DNA of 63,590 bases, the filler included, from Octopus bimaculoides (taxonomy: Eukaryota): the NCBI RefSeq assembly GCF_001194135.2. It is 6 parts of 6 records of this genome, joined end to end, with 100 filler letters (N's around TTAATTAATTAA, not from the genome) between each part and the next. Parts side by side here need not be neighbours in the genome. Positions count along the whole stretch, not along the records: positions 33,764 to 50,005 come from NC_068985.1; positions 50,106 to 54,438 come from NC_068994.1; 4 more parts are not named here. The stretch is one strand, 5' to 3'. Every line of letters begins with the position of its first letter. Position 1 is the stretch's first letter. Positions 37,101 through 50,259 of the stretch are shown in pieces. Below the pieces are notes generated by a model. That model ran no database searches and had not been told where the DNA came from. It saw only the letters and a list, made by a program, of their open reading frames with translations. The position numbers and the translations under genes were made by a program.

Positions 37101-38454
37101 TATTCCCTTAAACTTTTTCCATTCCTGCTGAATAGACATGATTCCCTCCTTACCTCTTCTGCTCTCCTATGATCAAAAATTAATTATTCAATAACCTGCT
37201 TCCTCTTCATTCTTCATTCCTTTCCTAATATTCTCAGTACAGTCCCTCCCTCCCTCCCTCTTTATCTATCTATCTATCTATCTATATACATACATACATT
37301 GATACATACACACACACACACATGCATGCAAATACACATATCTTCCNNNNNNNNNNNNNNNNNNNNNNNNNNNNNNNNNNNNNNNNNNNNNNNNNNNNNN
37401 NNNNNNNNNNNNNNNNNNNNNNNNNNNNNNNNNNNNNNNNNNNNNNNNNNNNNNNNNNNNNNNNNNNNNNNNNNNNNNNNNNNNNNNNNNNNNNNNNNNN
37501 NNNNNNNNNNNNNNNNNNNNNNNNNNNNNNNNNNNNNNNNNNNNNNNNNNNNNNNNNNNNNNNNNNNNNNNNNNNNNNNNNNNNNNNNNNNNNNNNNNNN
37601 NNNNNNNNNNNNNNNNNNNNNNNNNNNNNNNNNNNNNNNNNNNNNNNNNNNNNNNNNNNNNNNNNNNNNNNNNNNNNNNNNNNNNNNNNNNNNNNNNNAT
37701 AATCCTTTCTCCCCCCTGCTTGTTTATCTTTACTCTTGACTTCCTCCGCACTCCATATGATTTATCACTCACTCTCTGTCTCCCCCTCTCTGTTTGTTTC
37801 CTCCCACCTCTCTCATGCTATTATTGCTCAGAATACACTGATTTCTGTTCATTACAGTGTAAAATATTTATGGCTTAATGTTCTCAAATTAACATTTATC
37901 CTCCCTCCCTCTCTCCACCCTCCTTTTTACCATTTCCCTAATTTGGTTACATTTTAAGAACTCGAAATGTCCTGCGGGTGGTAGGGCTAGGGTGGAAGGA
38001 GGAGGAAACAGGATTGTGTTGTAATTCAAATAAATATTTTTACTTGATAACAAATTGGAAATAAATAAATAAATAAAACCATTTTTCGTAGTTTATTGGA
38101 ATTGAATTATTCTTTTAGTAATTCTCTGGAATTCAATCTTTGATTTGACTTGGAAATTCCGTGAGGTGCAATGGAAAAAAAGATAGCACAGTGCTATATC
38201 TTTGAGATAGGGATATACACATGCATACACACACACACACATATATGTATGCTTAGTTGTGTCTATATATTTATATATGTATGTATGTATACATACAATA
38301 GGTGAGAGCTAGATGTGCTCAAATGAATTTGAATTTAAACTTCAAATTCTTCATCTCGGACTTAGCCCACAGTGTCACAAGTAACTATAAGAGAAATCCA
38401 AGACGAGCTGATTTGGAGATAGTAATGCAGATAAACAGAATTAAGCTTGACATA

Positions 38455-38498
<44 letters not shown>

Positions 38499-38826
38499 TA
38501 ATAAAAAGAATATATATGCATGTATGCAAACATATATGTACATACTTACATCTACATGTGTATATAGATGCATATCAGGGTACAGGACGTTAGAACAATG
38601 AACTACAGACCATGGAACGAACACATAAGAAAACAGATAGCCACTTGGAATTAATCCTTTGTTAGCTGCCTCTATTCTAACTAGATGTTTCGAAGATAAG
38701 GCAGAACGTGCTCTAGAATAGTCTCTTCCTGAGTAGTGGATCGACCCACTAAACAGATGATTCCAAGGTGGCAAACACAAACCAAGACAGGAAAAAATGG
38801 ACATATATATATATATATATAGATAG

Positions 38827-38859
<33 letters not shown>

Positions 38860-39619
38860 AAGAGATTAGATAGGTAGATAGATAGATAGATAGGTAGATA
38901 GATACACACACACAGAGGGAGAGGTTCTTGCCTTGGTCATCTTGTATTTTTCTGATATTTAAGACTACATTATCTAATGAGTCCTTTCCTTATGTTTAAT
39001 GGTAGGGCATGCTGTGAGGGAGAGCAGGATGAACAAATATATAGAGGCACCCTAAATGGTTGAGAAGGATGCCGGTTGAGATCATTTTTCGTTCTTCCAC
39101 CTTTTTACTGTTATGTTTATCCTTCATATTTTAGTGATATCTTCATACACAAGCTTATTTCCATCTATTACTCTCCACTATTGCACTAACTTCATTATAC
39201 AGAATCGGTCATCTCCAGCCTTTTTTGGCACTGATTTCTTTATATATACACCATTTTTCTTCTCAAGATATCTTTCTTAGACATGGTCTTCTGTGCTCTG
39301 CTGAGATGTGATGTCTCAGAGTTGCAATATATTTCTTATCCCCATATCAGCCCTGATCAAGATTATTGTTTTGACATTGAATGTCTTAGACTACATTAAC
39401 CTATATTCCTTTCCCTTTGCAAGACAAAGTGTTATCTGAGGGGAATTTGACTACTATTTCTAGCAGGCAGGTTGAGCAACCAGGTAAAGCTTTCACATTG
39501 CCATTTTTTTTTCCTTTTTATAGAATATATTATCAATATATCATGAGAGACACATTTAATACAGACGATCAGTGTTCGTTTCAAGTTGATCTACAAAAAA
39601 AAAACAAAAAAAACTGGTA

Positions 39620-39935
39620 CTCAGTCATTTATGACAACGAGGGTCCAGTTGAGCCGAACAATGGAACAGCCTGTTTGTGAAATAAACATGCAAGTGGCTG
39701 AGCACTCCACAGACAGGCATACAATTAATATAATTCTCTGGGAGATTCAGCATCACACAGAATGTGACAAGGCCGGTCCTTTGAAATACAAGTACTATTC
39801 ATTTTTGCCAGCTGAGTGGACTGGAGCAGCGTGAAATAAAGTGTCCTGCTCAAGGATACAATGCACTGCCAGGTATTGAACTCATGAGTTTACGATCTTG
39901 AGCTGACTACCCTAACCACTTAGCCACATGCCTTT
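39620..39935 (-). mobile_element. Mosaic SINE remnant (family A 3' region plus another head)
   Basis: ggaacagcctgtttgtgaaataaacatgcaagtggctgagcactccacagaca matches family A in reverse. The accctaaccacttagccac segment is a reversed tRNA head. Confidence 0.65.
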
Positions 39936-40149
39936 GATCTATATACACATATGCACACATGCATGGACATACATATGTATATTCAGATTTAATGTAAGTT
40001 AAGGTATGTCTGTGTGGTTAAGAAGACGGGTGCAGGTATGGCTTCTTAACCATGCAGCCATGAGTAGATAGAAATTGGTCAGAAACCCATCACTTGAGCT
40101 GAATCTGTAGTTCAAAAGTCTAGATTTGTCACACATTGTATGAAGAGAA

Positions 40150-40365
40150 TTGGCCTGCAAGAGCCCTGTGCTAGTGCCATGTTAAAAGCTCCCAACACAC
40201 ACCGTAAAGTGGCTGGCATTAAGAAGGGCATCTGGCTATAGAAACCAAGCCAAATCAGACTAGAACCTGGTGCAGCTCTCTCACTTGCCAAACCATCCAA
40301 CCCATGCCAGCATGGAAAACAGATGTTAAAGGATGATGATGACGGTGGTGATGATGTCATGCTGA
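40150..40365 (+). mobile_element. SINE 3' part with (GAT)n tail
   Basis: gtaaagtggctggcattaagaagggcatctggctatagaaacc...ccatccaacccatgccagcatggaaaacagatgttaaaggatgatgatgac. Confidence 0.65.
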
Positions 40366-41618
40366 TTCTGTTTATGCTTGTCTTTGGAATACTCTGCCAA
40401 TTAAATATACATTGGTTAACAACTGGAATAATTATAGTTGAAACCGACACAGGAGCCATTTATGTTCCAGGTTGAATGCACGCATGCATGTATCTGTATG
40501 TCTGTACACTGCGTACTTGTATGTGTACTTATAGGCTGGAGTGGGATTTTTTTTTTTTGCATGTGAATGTATGTATATTTGTATTCATGAATCTGTCCGT
40601 CCGTTCGTATGTATGTATGTATGTACGTATGTATGTACATACGTACGTACAAACGTATGTGGTTGTTTCACCCGAATTTAATTCTGAATGAACAAATCAT
40701 ATTATGAAAGGTCTTTCACCCCCAATCATGCTGTCCTTTATTTAGACAGAGTGTATCTAGGACTACTTTATTCTAATATATTCTTGTTCATTTCAGATAG
40801 TAGGGCATGGTTTGAGGAAGATTCGTCTGCTTATTTCTACAAGATCAATCCACAACATAGGGATTTCATAGATTTGGATGGTGTATATTTGTGTGTAGGT
40901 ATGTTTCTATGTGCATGACTGCACGTGACCGCATGCTTGCATACATTTGTATGTATGTGTACGTGTACATGTATGTCTGTGTACATGCATATGTGTGTAG
41001 ATGCAGTATGTTTGAGAAGCATGTACCAGTTGTGAAGTGTCAATAGGCAAGGCTGTAGTTGATATTTATAATCATGCCTGTGATGTTGGCACTGGCAACT
41101 GGTACAGGAACCAGATGTTAGCTTTAATCAGGTTCTCTTCTTCACTTTCTTATCATCTGCTTCAACTGAAAAAAGTCCACCACCATCGCATCACCAAGTA
41201 TAAATATGTGTGCATGATCTAAAGAGGGCTCTTTCTCCGTGTTCTCTTTCCTTAAAGAAAGGCTTCCTCGTTGACTTGTGTTATGTAGTGTTTTTTTTTA
41301 TGTTGTTTATTTAGCTCTAGGTCAATCTTGATTGAGCAGTCCTATGTCTGATCACAGATACTTCGCATAAGACTGTTATGTCTTTTTTCAGGATAAGTAG
41401 GTCTATATAATCTAATGTGTACTGTTCTTATACAAAACGCTACATTGTAATTTAAGGGAGATTTGATGACTGTTTCTACCAGGTGAGCGACTACGTAGAA
41501 GCTTCCTGTTTGGTTAGTGTAGTGCATATAAGTAACTTATAGTGCTATATTGTGGTGTGACAGATATTAACTAAAGCAACATAAAGTATACAGTGAATTG
41601 TCGTGTGGAGTAGAATTC

Positions 41619-42583
41619 GGTAAGTTTTTATATTAACACCGCCACGATTTTCACTAAGAAAAAGAAGAAAAAAACTTGGATTTTTCGCGTGGAATCAAGT
41701 ACCCTGACCTCCTAACATGCTGCATATCCTTTATTTTGGTTCGGAAGGGTGGGGGGCAAGGGAGCATATACTTAATAACGAACCATGTAAATCACATTCT
41801 GGAAAATTTATTTCTGTAAATTATAGATATAGTCTATAAATTTAGGATGCTTTTGAAAGATACTATATTTTATCATCAGAATATATATATATACTTTCTC
41901 ACATAATTAAGATTTTTGTTGGCACTCCGTCACTTACGACGTCGAGGGTTCCAGAAATTAACGTGCAAGTGGCTGAGCACTCCACAGACACGTGTACCCT
42001 TAACTTAGTTCTCGGGGATATTCAGAGTGACACAGTGTGACAAAGCTGACCCTTTGAATTACAGGCACAACAGAAACAGGAAGTAAGAGTGAGAGAAAGT
42101 TTTGGTGGAAGAGTACAGCAAGGTTCGCCACCATCCCCTGCCGGAGCCTCGTGGAGCTTTAGGTGTTTTCGCTCAATAAACACTCACAACACCCGGTCTG
42201 GGAATCGAAACCGCGATCCTATGCCCTAACCACTGGGCCATTGCGCCACCACGACATAATTAAGATATATTTATTTTAAATCGCTTATGTTTATTTTAAA
42301 TCGTTCATCTTTCTCCTCCNNNNNNNNNNNNNNNNNNNNNNNNNNNNNNNNCCCAAAAGGGTTTTGTAGCATATAAGGAGGTCACAGGAATTCATTCAAC
42401 GAAGAAAAAAAAAATTCCTAATGATTCAGAGATGGGGGGGGGGGCCCTACTCGCTTCGTCCCGAACCAAAATAAGGGATTTGCAGCATATTAGGAGGTCA
42501 GGGTACTTGATTCCACGCAAAAAATCCGAGTTTTTTTTTTTTTCTTAGTGAAAATCGTGCGAGTGTTAATATAAAAATTTACC
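41619..42583. mobile_element. MITE-like element with terminal inverted repeats of about 125 bp
   Basis: 41619-41744 is the reverse complement of 42461-42583 (for example ttttcactaagaaa...gcgtggaatcaagtaccctgacctcctaa.atgctgca). There is no coding capacity. Confidence 0.75.
41914..42253 (-). mobile_element. SINE family A nested in the MITE, 13-bp TSD
   Basis: Family A in reverse, flanked by acataattaagat at 41901-41913 and 42254-42266. Confidence 0.92.
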
Positions 42584-42833
42584 TAGAATTGTATTGGAGA
42601 ATGTTGTATACACCGCAGACAAACAGTAGTGTGATGTAGACGAAGGAGTATAGTATATACGGACTATATATTGTGGTGTGATAAGGGGTAGACTAAATAA
42701 AATAAAATAAAATACTGTTATCATTAATGACTTCTTCTACTATGTAAAATACATAATGCTTCTTCCACGTATTCTGAGCTTCAAACTGAATAATTTGCTC
42801 GCACTAAGTAATTGCTACTAATTGATGAATATC

Positions 42834-42960
42834 CGGTTAATCTCTAGTTTAAGACCCGGTCACAAAAATAGAAATAAAAAAATGATGTAATAGGTGTAAA
42901 ACAACAGTATACTATCTTTTTTTCATTTTTGTGACCGGGTCTTAAACTAGAGATTAACCG
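42834..42960. repeat. Perfect 36-bp inverted repeat with a 55-nt spacer
   Basis: cggttaatctctagtttaagacccggtcacaaaaat (42834-42869) and its exact reverse complement (42925-42960). Confidence 0.95.
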
Positions 42961-43402
42961 AAAAAACCCGAGATCTACACTGTGCTATGGGGCTGTTTAC
43001 TTATCAAAATGTGTCATCCACGAATACGTTTTAGAATAGTTCCCAGTCGAAGGATTTCAATAATCTCAGTCAAATGGGCATTCTCATCCGAAATAGGATC
43101 GAGGTTAATTTCAACTCTGTCTTATTTCTTGTGTTACCATATCTAAGTGATGCAAGCCCAAAATGACATCGATAGATTAAAATGGATGTAATTTAAGTGA
43201 ACTGAGCGATAAAATTATACCTGCATATCGAAAACCTTTTCCATAGCCTGAGGCTATGCCAGAAATCACTTGCCTAATAGTGCTACGCAGTTAGACTGAA
43301 CACGAAACCACCTAATTGGGAAATAAACTTCTTGCCATATATTGCCATTCTTTCGTTTTAAGTATGACAAGTATAAAATTTGTGCGCTGGTTTCCTGATA
43401 GA

Positions 43403-43548
43403 TGACGTCATTCTCGGAAGTTTACGGAATTTTTTTTTTTGTTACTTTTGCACACAGTGTGTCATAGAATGAACACGAACCTTTCAGAAGAAGTTTTTGT
43501 GTTGTAAGTGTAGTAACGCCGTGCGCATGCGTAGTCTCACGCATGCGT
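43403..43548. promoter_or_regulatory. Candidate promoter-like motif cluster (CRE, ETS, two NRF1-like sites)
   Basis: TGACGTCA at 43403-43410, CGGAAGT at 43415-43421, TGCGCATGCG at 43522-43531 and ACGCATGCGT at 43539-43548. Motif matches only; no transcript evidence. Confidence 0.3.
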
Positions 43549-44584
43549 GGAATTCAACAAGCAAGCTTTCCCGCTTCATTCTGTCTCTTTCTTGCTGGCC
43601 AGCGATTGAGCATGGACGTGTTTAGCTGTCTCTCTCCATCTTTCGAACTTACGCTCGACAGCTCGCTTACATCTACATACCAACGTCCCAACAACCATGC
43701 TCACACACACGGAAGCTGTAACAACAAACAAGAGCTAAAGATGTATATATTTACCACATGAATAAATGTTGTTTAAGTTGATAGTCTGGAGTTCAGCGTT
43801 CCGTTATATTCTTAATTTTATATAGGAAAGTCAGGTATACATCTAATGATGTATAACCCACTTTCCTATATAAGTGCTTTTGCTGTTTCCAGCCCTACTA
43901 GATATAACAGTCATCTCTATCAAATCACCCTGTTGTCTCAAATACTGAAACGACGCAATGGATATGTAGTGTGGGTTACACTATGAATAGACAATAAATG
44001 TCTGAATAGTCACCTCTGGTTGAAATACCTTTGAAGAGGGGTTACCCAATCAGTGCTGAGTTGGGGTTAAGCATTAACAACACAAACGGGGCATTTTTGT
44101 AGTCGTTCAACTTATTCCAAAGAGAAACCAAATGGCCTTGAAACTACGACTTATTTAAAGCCTCAACGAGGTTATCCGACCTGCTAAAAATAGTCAGAAA
44201 TTACTTTAAAATCGTCTTTAAAATGGAAGGGCATATTGGGCAGAGTTGTATATACAGAAAAAGACGGGTTACTTATGGCCGGAAAATCTTTCATCATACG
44301 CTGATTCGATCAGAGCTGCTGAGACCAAATTACAACATACGCACCATAATGCTAAAACAGGTGAGACGTCATAATTTGAAAACAAACAAAAAGGAAAAAT
44401 ATAAATAAAGTGCAAGGATAAATTGAGAAAAGTTATTGCCCAGAATATGTCGCAAATAATTTCTAATACACAGTTTACAGTAACGCGACTGTGCTAATAC
44501 TAATAATGGTTTTTGACATTGAATCTTTAATAATGATTTATTTATGCACGAGGGACGTTAAGCCGCTCTACCGAGTCAACCATT

Positions 44585-44920
44585 CGAAAACATATTTAAA
44601 CTTGCTGTTCAAATATGTTTTAGGCTTATAAAAAATGCTTTTAATATGTAGGAAAATATATTTGTATGGTTGAAAGATATTTAAAAACATATTTAATCTT
44701 TCTGTTTAAATATGTTTTAGACATAAATATGTTTTAAACATGTATGAAAAATATATTTGCATAGTTTAAAGAAATTTACATATTTAACATATTTAAACTT
44801 GTTGTTTAAATACGTTTTAGACATATATGTTTTGAGCATGATTGAAAATATATTGTTTAGTTAAAAGATATTTAAATACTTAAAACATTTTCAAAAGTGC
44901 TATTTAAATATGTTTTAGAT
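44585..44920. repeat. Tandem repeat of about 100 bp (about 3.4 copies), each unit with an internal palindrome
   Basis: aaaacatatttaaac-N5-gtttaaatatgtttt variants start at about 44587, 44684, 44786 and 44882. Confidence 0.75.
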
Positions 44921-45710
44921 ATAATTATGGTTAAGACATCGCAGACCGCAGTCAGTTATGATTGACCATATAACTATAAATACTTTTCTTGTGCGCAAGC
45001 CTGGGTAAAGTTTATTTCATTTTATTTTAACTAAAATTTCCAGCTATTCGTACAACAAATCTACTTTCACGCATTTAATGTTGATCAAGGTAGGGCAACA
45101 GCTTGGCACCAGTTGACCTCAAACAGATACGCACTTGTTATTTTGTCCGACGCTCTAACGATTCTATTAATCCACCGCCTGATATACGAATATTAATGTT
45201 TTAAACGTATGTATGTTTTCCATAACGAACTATTTCAGTTATTACAAAACCAATCCGTATGTTTCAAGCGAATATTCCTTTGTCGCTTAAAGCTACGACG
45301 TAAAACCAATTATATTTTTGACAAGATATGAGTAGGTTCTTCCTGCAAGTTGAAACTCTAAATTGATTTTTTATTCTTGAATGATGGCAGTTTTCTCCAC
45401 TTACGTTGCAGTTTCACTAAGCTATGTGACAGTAGGTGTCACAGTGACACAATGGAATACTGCTTCTAAATCTCAGATAGTATCTCTCAAAAGGACACCC
45501 GACTAACTGATAGCTAACGCCCTGAAATTTTTCCCCACAGAAGTGTTGTATCCTTATTCTACCCTTTTGACTGCAACTATACAGTGACTTCTGCTTCTCG
45601 TTACTTTACCCAGCGCCTCTTCGACGCATTTGTTTCTCCTCCTCTTGTCGCTAACTTTGTGTCTATTTGCCCACGCCGCTCTGACCAATATTTCCAATCT
45701 TCCTCTAGAG

Positions 45711-45868
45711 CAGTGATTCCCAGCCTTTTCACTATCAAGGACCCCTTTTATTTAAATGAGTTTTCCCACGGACCCCAAGATATTGATAAGTTTGTCAGCT
45801 TAACATGTCGACAGACCGCGCCCCACGTCTCAGTGCTACCTTTGTGGACCACAGGTTGGGAACCACTG
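45711..45868. mobile_element. hAT (Charlie-type) MITE, 158 bp
   Basis: TIRs cagtgattccca/tgggaaccactg, with 8-bp TSD ctctagag (45703-45710) and ctctaaag (45869-45876). Confidence 0.85.
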
Positions 45869-45916
45869 CTCTAAAGAATGTCAACGCTCTGGAATTCTTT
45901 CTATGTTCACGTTTCT

Positions 45917-46138
45917 TATTTCTTTATTGCCTACAACATAGAGGGGACAAACAAGGACAGACAAAGGGATTAAGTCGATTACATCGACACCAGTGCGTAA
46001 CTGGTACTTAATTTATCGACCTCGAAAGGATGAAAGGCAAAGTCGACCTCGGCGGAATTTGAACTCAGAACGTAACGGCAAACGAAATACTGCTAAGCAT
46101 TTCGCCCGGCTTGCTAACGTTTCTGCCAGCTCGCCGCT
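45917..46138 (-). mobile_element. SINE family M flanked by a 19-bp direct repeat
   Basis: Family M in reverse, with tttctatgttcacgtttct at 45898-45916 and 46139-46157. Confidence 0.88.
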
Positions 46139-46374
46139 TTTCTATGTTCACGTTTCTACTGTACACACCAATTTGTGGTTGTTCAAGAGTATCAATCGAA
46201 TCGAACTGAAAAGAACTCTCTATATGGTCGCTCCATCCGCTAGTAATAGAAGCCAAATGTCCCTCAGATTCACACTATACGCCTTTGAAACGAAAATATT
46301 GGACATGTTCGTGAGGTCCCTGCACATGGCTGACTTTTTATATGTATATGGGGATAGGGAATTAAGAAGTTTGC

Positions 46375-46930
46375 TTTAAAACCACTTGGTTCCAGACGAG
46401 TCGCACTGCACGGCATCTCAGACATATGTCTTCTATTGCCTCGGGTCGACCAATGCCTTGTGAGTTAATTTGGTAGGCGGAAACTGCGTAGCAGTCCGTC
46501 GTATGTGTGCGTGTGCACTTCCATCCGTATATACGTGTGTGCGCGAGGTGTGGCTGTGTAGTAACAAGTCTGCTTTTCAGCCACATGTTTCCGAGTTCAG
46601 TCTCACTGCGTGACACCTTAGGTAAGTGTCTTCTATTATAGCCCCAGGCCGACCGAAAGCCTTGTGAGTGGATTTGATAGATGAAAACTAAAAGAAGCCC
46701 TTTGTATGTATACGTGTGTGTCTTTGTGTCTGTATATGTCCTCAACGCCGCTTGACAACTGGTATTGGTGTGTTTACTTAGCGGTTCGGCAAAACAGATC
46801 GATAGCATAATTACCAAGTTTATAAAAAGATAAGCACTGGGGTCGATCACTTCGACTAAAATTCCTCAAGGCGATGCCCCAGCATGGCCGCGGTCTAATA
46901 ACTGAAACAAGTAAAAGAATAAAAGAATAC
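46375..46930 (+). mobile_element. Two stacked SINE family O copies (partial head then full copy)
   Basis: Heads at about 46380 and 46545; tail gccccagcatggccgcggtctaataactgaaacaagtaaaagaataaaagaa. Confidence 0.8.
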
Positions 46931-48859
46931 ATATAAAATAAGGGTAGAGGAAATACCCCAAGGAGCATTCTGCGTATTTAATACCTATGCAAACTCGTAG
47001 TGTAGTGAATTGATCATTTTCGATTAACTGAGATTATCCTTGTATTTAGTGCACAAAACTTCCCCCAGAACTGCTTAAAATGAATCAAACAAGGAAGATA
47101 ACTTCAATACGGTCAATATACTGAAACTTTTGGAAATATAGAAAATGGGATATCGAAGTTGATCTAGTCTTTAAAGCTAACTGGTGAACATAAAAGAAAG
47201 AAAAAAACGGACGTATTTCAGTTTTATTAGATTACTCACCAAACTCATTTACTCTAGTTTTCCCAAAAAAAAAAAAATGAAAAAAAGTGATTTCCAGTGT
47301 GGAAATCACTCCAACTTAAAATAGCAACTTAGCCAATTGATAACTGCGTGTGTAAAATAATACCAGACTGAAATGCATACTGGGATCGTAATTATTGACT
47401 AAAAATCTTCGAAAGCTGTACCCCAAACTGGCTTCATTCAAATTATTTTGTGCGTGTGTGCAAATAGGGAAAAGCTTTTCTTTCAAACATGTTTGTTATA
47501 TTAAAGACGTGACTGTGTTCGAGTTTAATCTTTCTTTTATTAAATAGTTTTTCACATTTCCTTATTAGTCTTTTATGTTTAGTCTGGAACAATAGTCTTC
47601 CATTAGTCCATTAGCGTTTTAAAACTTTTACGGTCTTATCTTCAGAATGAAATGATCGTAATAGTATCGTATTGTTCGCCGACAACCGGTACAGCTTCGA
47701 AATCACAGTCAATAAAATTATTAAAAATATCAGACTTTACACTTGTAATGAGTCCCTTATCCAGTTAATGTTCAGTTTTATGCATATAAGAACACTCATT
47801 TTTAGCCCACTCCCATTCATACACACACGAAACAAAAAAAAACAAAAATCATCCAGCTTCCCCTCTAACGTTTTGTCTTCTTTCCTATCTCTTCCTAAAC
47901 ATCCTTTCATCTACAAACAGACCTCTTTCAACAATATAACCAGCCCCAATTTTGCCCTCCTCTTTTCCCCTCTCCATCCGTGAACTTCCTTTCTTCCCTC
48001 TCTCACCTCCCTCTACTCTCAACGGACTTCCGTCATTCAAGCGCGCGCACACACATGCGAGCAAGCGTATACATACACACGCTCACAATCACATACTCAG
48101 ACTGAATGGCGTGCGCGCGAACGTACACATAAACGAAAACACACCAACAGACTTTTGGATACACACACATACGCACTCACACACCTCTGCTCCCTCTCTC
48201 ATCGAAAAACTAAGCTCCCTTCGTTCCTGCCGCCAAAACCCCTATTTCCAACAGCCACCCACCTCGTCCATCACTATACTACGGCACCCCCCCCCCACTT
48301 GTATCTTCGTCATACCGTTTTCTTTTCACTCCCCATCCTACTCCCACCTTATCTCGTACATCCCTTTGCACTCACACCTCCTACCTTTTACCTCACTCTG
48401 AGCTAAACCTCAACACACAGACAACAACCTCAGTATGTATATATCCTCAACATACACACGTGCACACATGACAATCACAGTACACAACGCATCCTTAGCA
48501 CTCCACACATACACACAACTTCAACGCACACTTACATACATCCAGTACACACAGAAAAACCTCCTCAGCACACACTTGCTCATATATACTTACACAGATC
48601 CAAACCACCATCCCTCTATCTTACACCACTCGTTCTCCATTAGCCTCTTTACCCTCACCCACCACCTATTATTACCACGCCTCCTAATTTTTTTGCTTTG
48701 TGGTTGTTGTGATGGTGGGAGGGCATTTGGAGGGGGTGATAGTGGTTATGTATATATATTGGTGATTAATTATTAGTAGTTGGGCAAATTAGTTGGGGGC
48801 TGGAGGCTACTACTACTAAAAAAAAATGTATAAATGGTTGAGTTAATGAGGGAGTTTCT

Positions 48860-49940
48860 TGGCGTTCACTCAACCTGAATAGAAATAGCCAAATTTCAAT
48901 CAAATCATAGCCTGCGGTCTTAAATAAGATGATACATTTAAGGTATTGTTAAACTACAGAAACCTAAAACGATGGAATGGTCATGGTTGGAAGGCCTTCG
49001 ATTATAGGTATGTCTGTTCGCTTAGGGTGACCTTGGGCTAAACAATAACAACAAACGTGGTGATTTTAAGAGGAGGAAAATGTATTTGTTCGTAAGAGGT
49101 TGTGGATTTCTTAATAGGAAAAATAAGTCACATGAACCAACGTAAACCACGACTAGCAATGAATTGTGAAAGAATGAGCTTCTAAGCGGTCATTCGACCT
49201 GCTAGAAATAGCAGTCGTATCTTTCAGATCAGTCAGTGAGAAATTAATAAAATAAAGTGAGTAATGTAATGCTATATAAACTGACTAAAATGGGATGGTC
49301 CCAGGTGGAACATCTTTTAATTATTAAGTCAGCCTGATTGTATATGACAAGGCCTAAACAAAGATCACCCCCGTCTTGACCACCAAGGTCCTAAAACGCT
49401 GGTAATCATCAATGAGTCTCTCGGTGGCTTTTAGGTCTGCTAGAAATAGCAGTGAAATTTTCCTTCAAATCATAAAAACGGAAAAGTATACATTACATTA
49501 TGTAATCCTTGGATGGTCATCCCTAGAACGCTTTTAATAAATGAAGTCTCTCCTCACCCAAGTCTAACCCGCAATAACCAGGTATCATCGAAGTCACTCG
49601 ATAGGCTAGAAATGGCAACCAAATCGTCCTTAAACCAGGTGTTATAAAAACGAGAGATTTCATCGAATAATGTAATCATAAATGTTCTGATTTAAAAAGA
49701 TGGCCACGGTTAGAACGCTTTTGATTGTAATGGTCTGCCTAGCGAAGTCTAAGACAGTGCTCGGCAACGTCACATCAGTCTACGAAGCCCTTCAGCTTAT
49801 TAGAAATAGCAGCTAAACCTTATCCTTACAGCTTAATGTTTTTCCTTGTTATTATTTTAAGGAAATGTTTTCGCCTGGAACATCAATGATCACAAAAAAA
49901 CTCGACCAGGACTGCTCTGGGCCCAAATAACAACACACAT
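48860..49940 (+). repeat. Five head-to-tail diverged copies of a dispersed repeat of about 200 bp
   Basis: The anchor (c)tagaaatagc(a) recurs at about 48880, 49203, 49441, 49607 and 49801, mostly followed by gatggtca...gaa/ct(t)tt and a ggctaaacaa-like tail. Dispersed copies lie at about 36620, 39330, 41300 and 43885. Confidence 0.65.
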
Positions 49941-50180
49941 ACACTACAATCACAATACCTTATTAATGCTGTTGAATAAAGTGACAGAATTTGTTGCTTT
50001 TGAAGNNNNNNNNNNNNNNNNNNNNNNNNNNNNNNNNNNNNNNNNNNNNTTAATTAATTAANNNNNNNNNNNNNNNNNNNNNNNNNNNNNNNNNNNNNNN
50101 NNNNNTATATATATACACATACTTATATACATGCATTTATGCCCACTCACATACATGCACAGACACATACATGCACAGAC

Positions 50181-50259
<79 letters not shown>

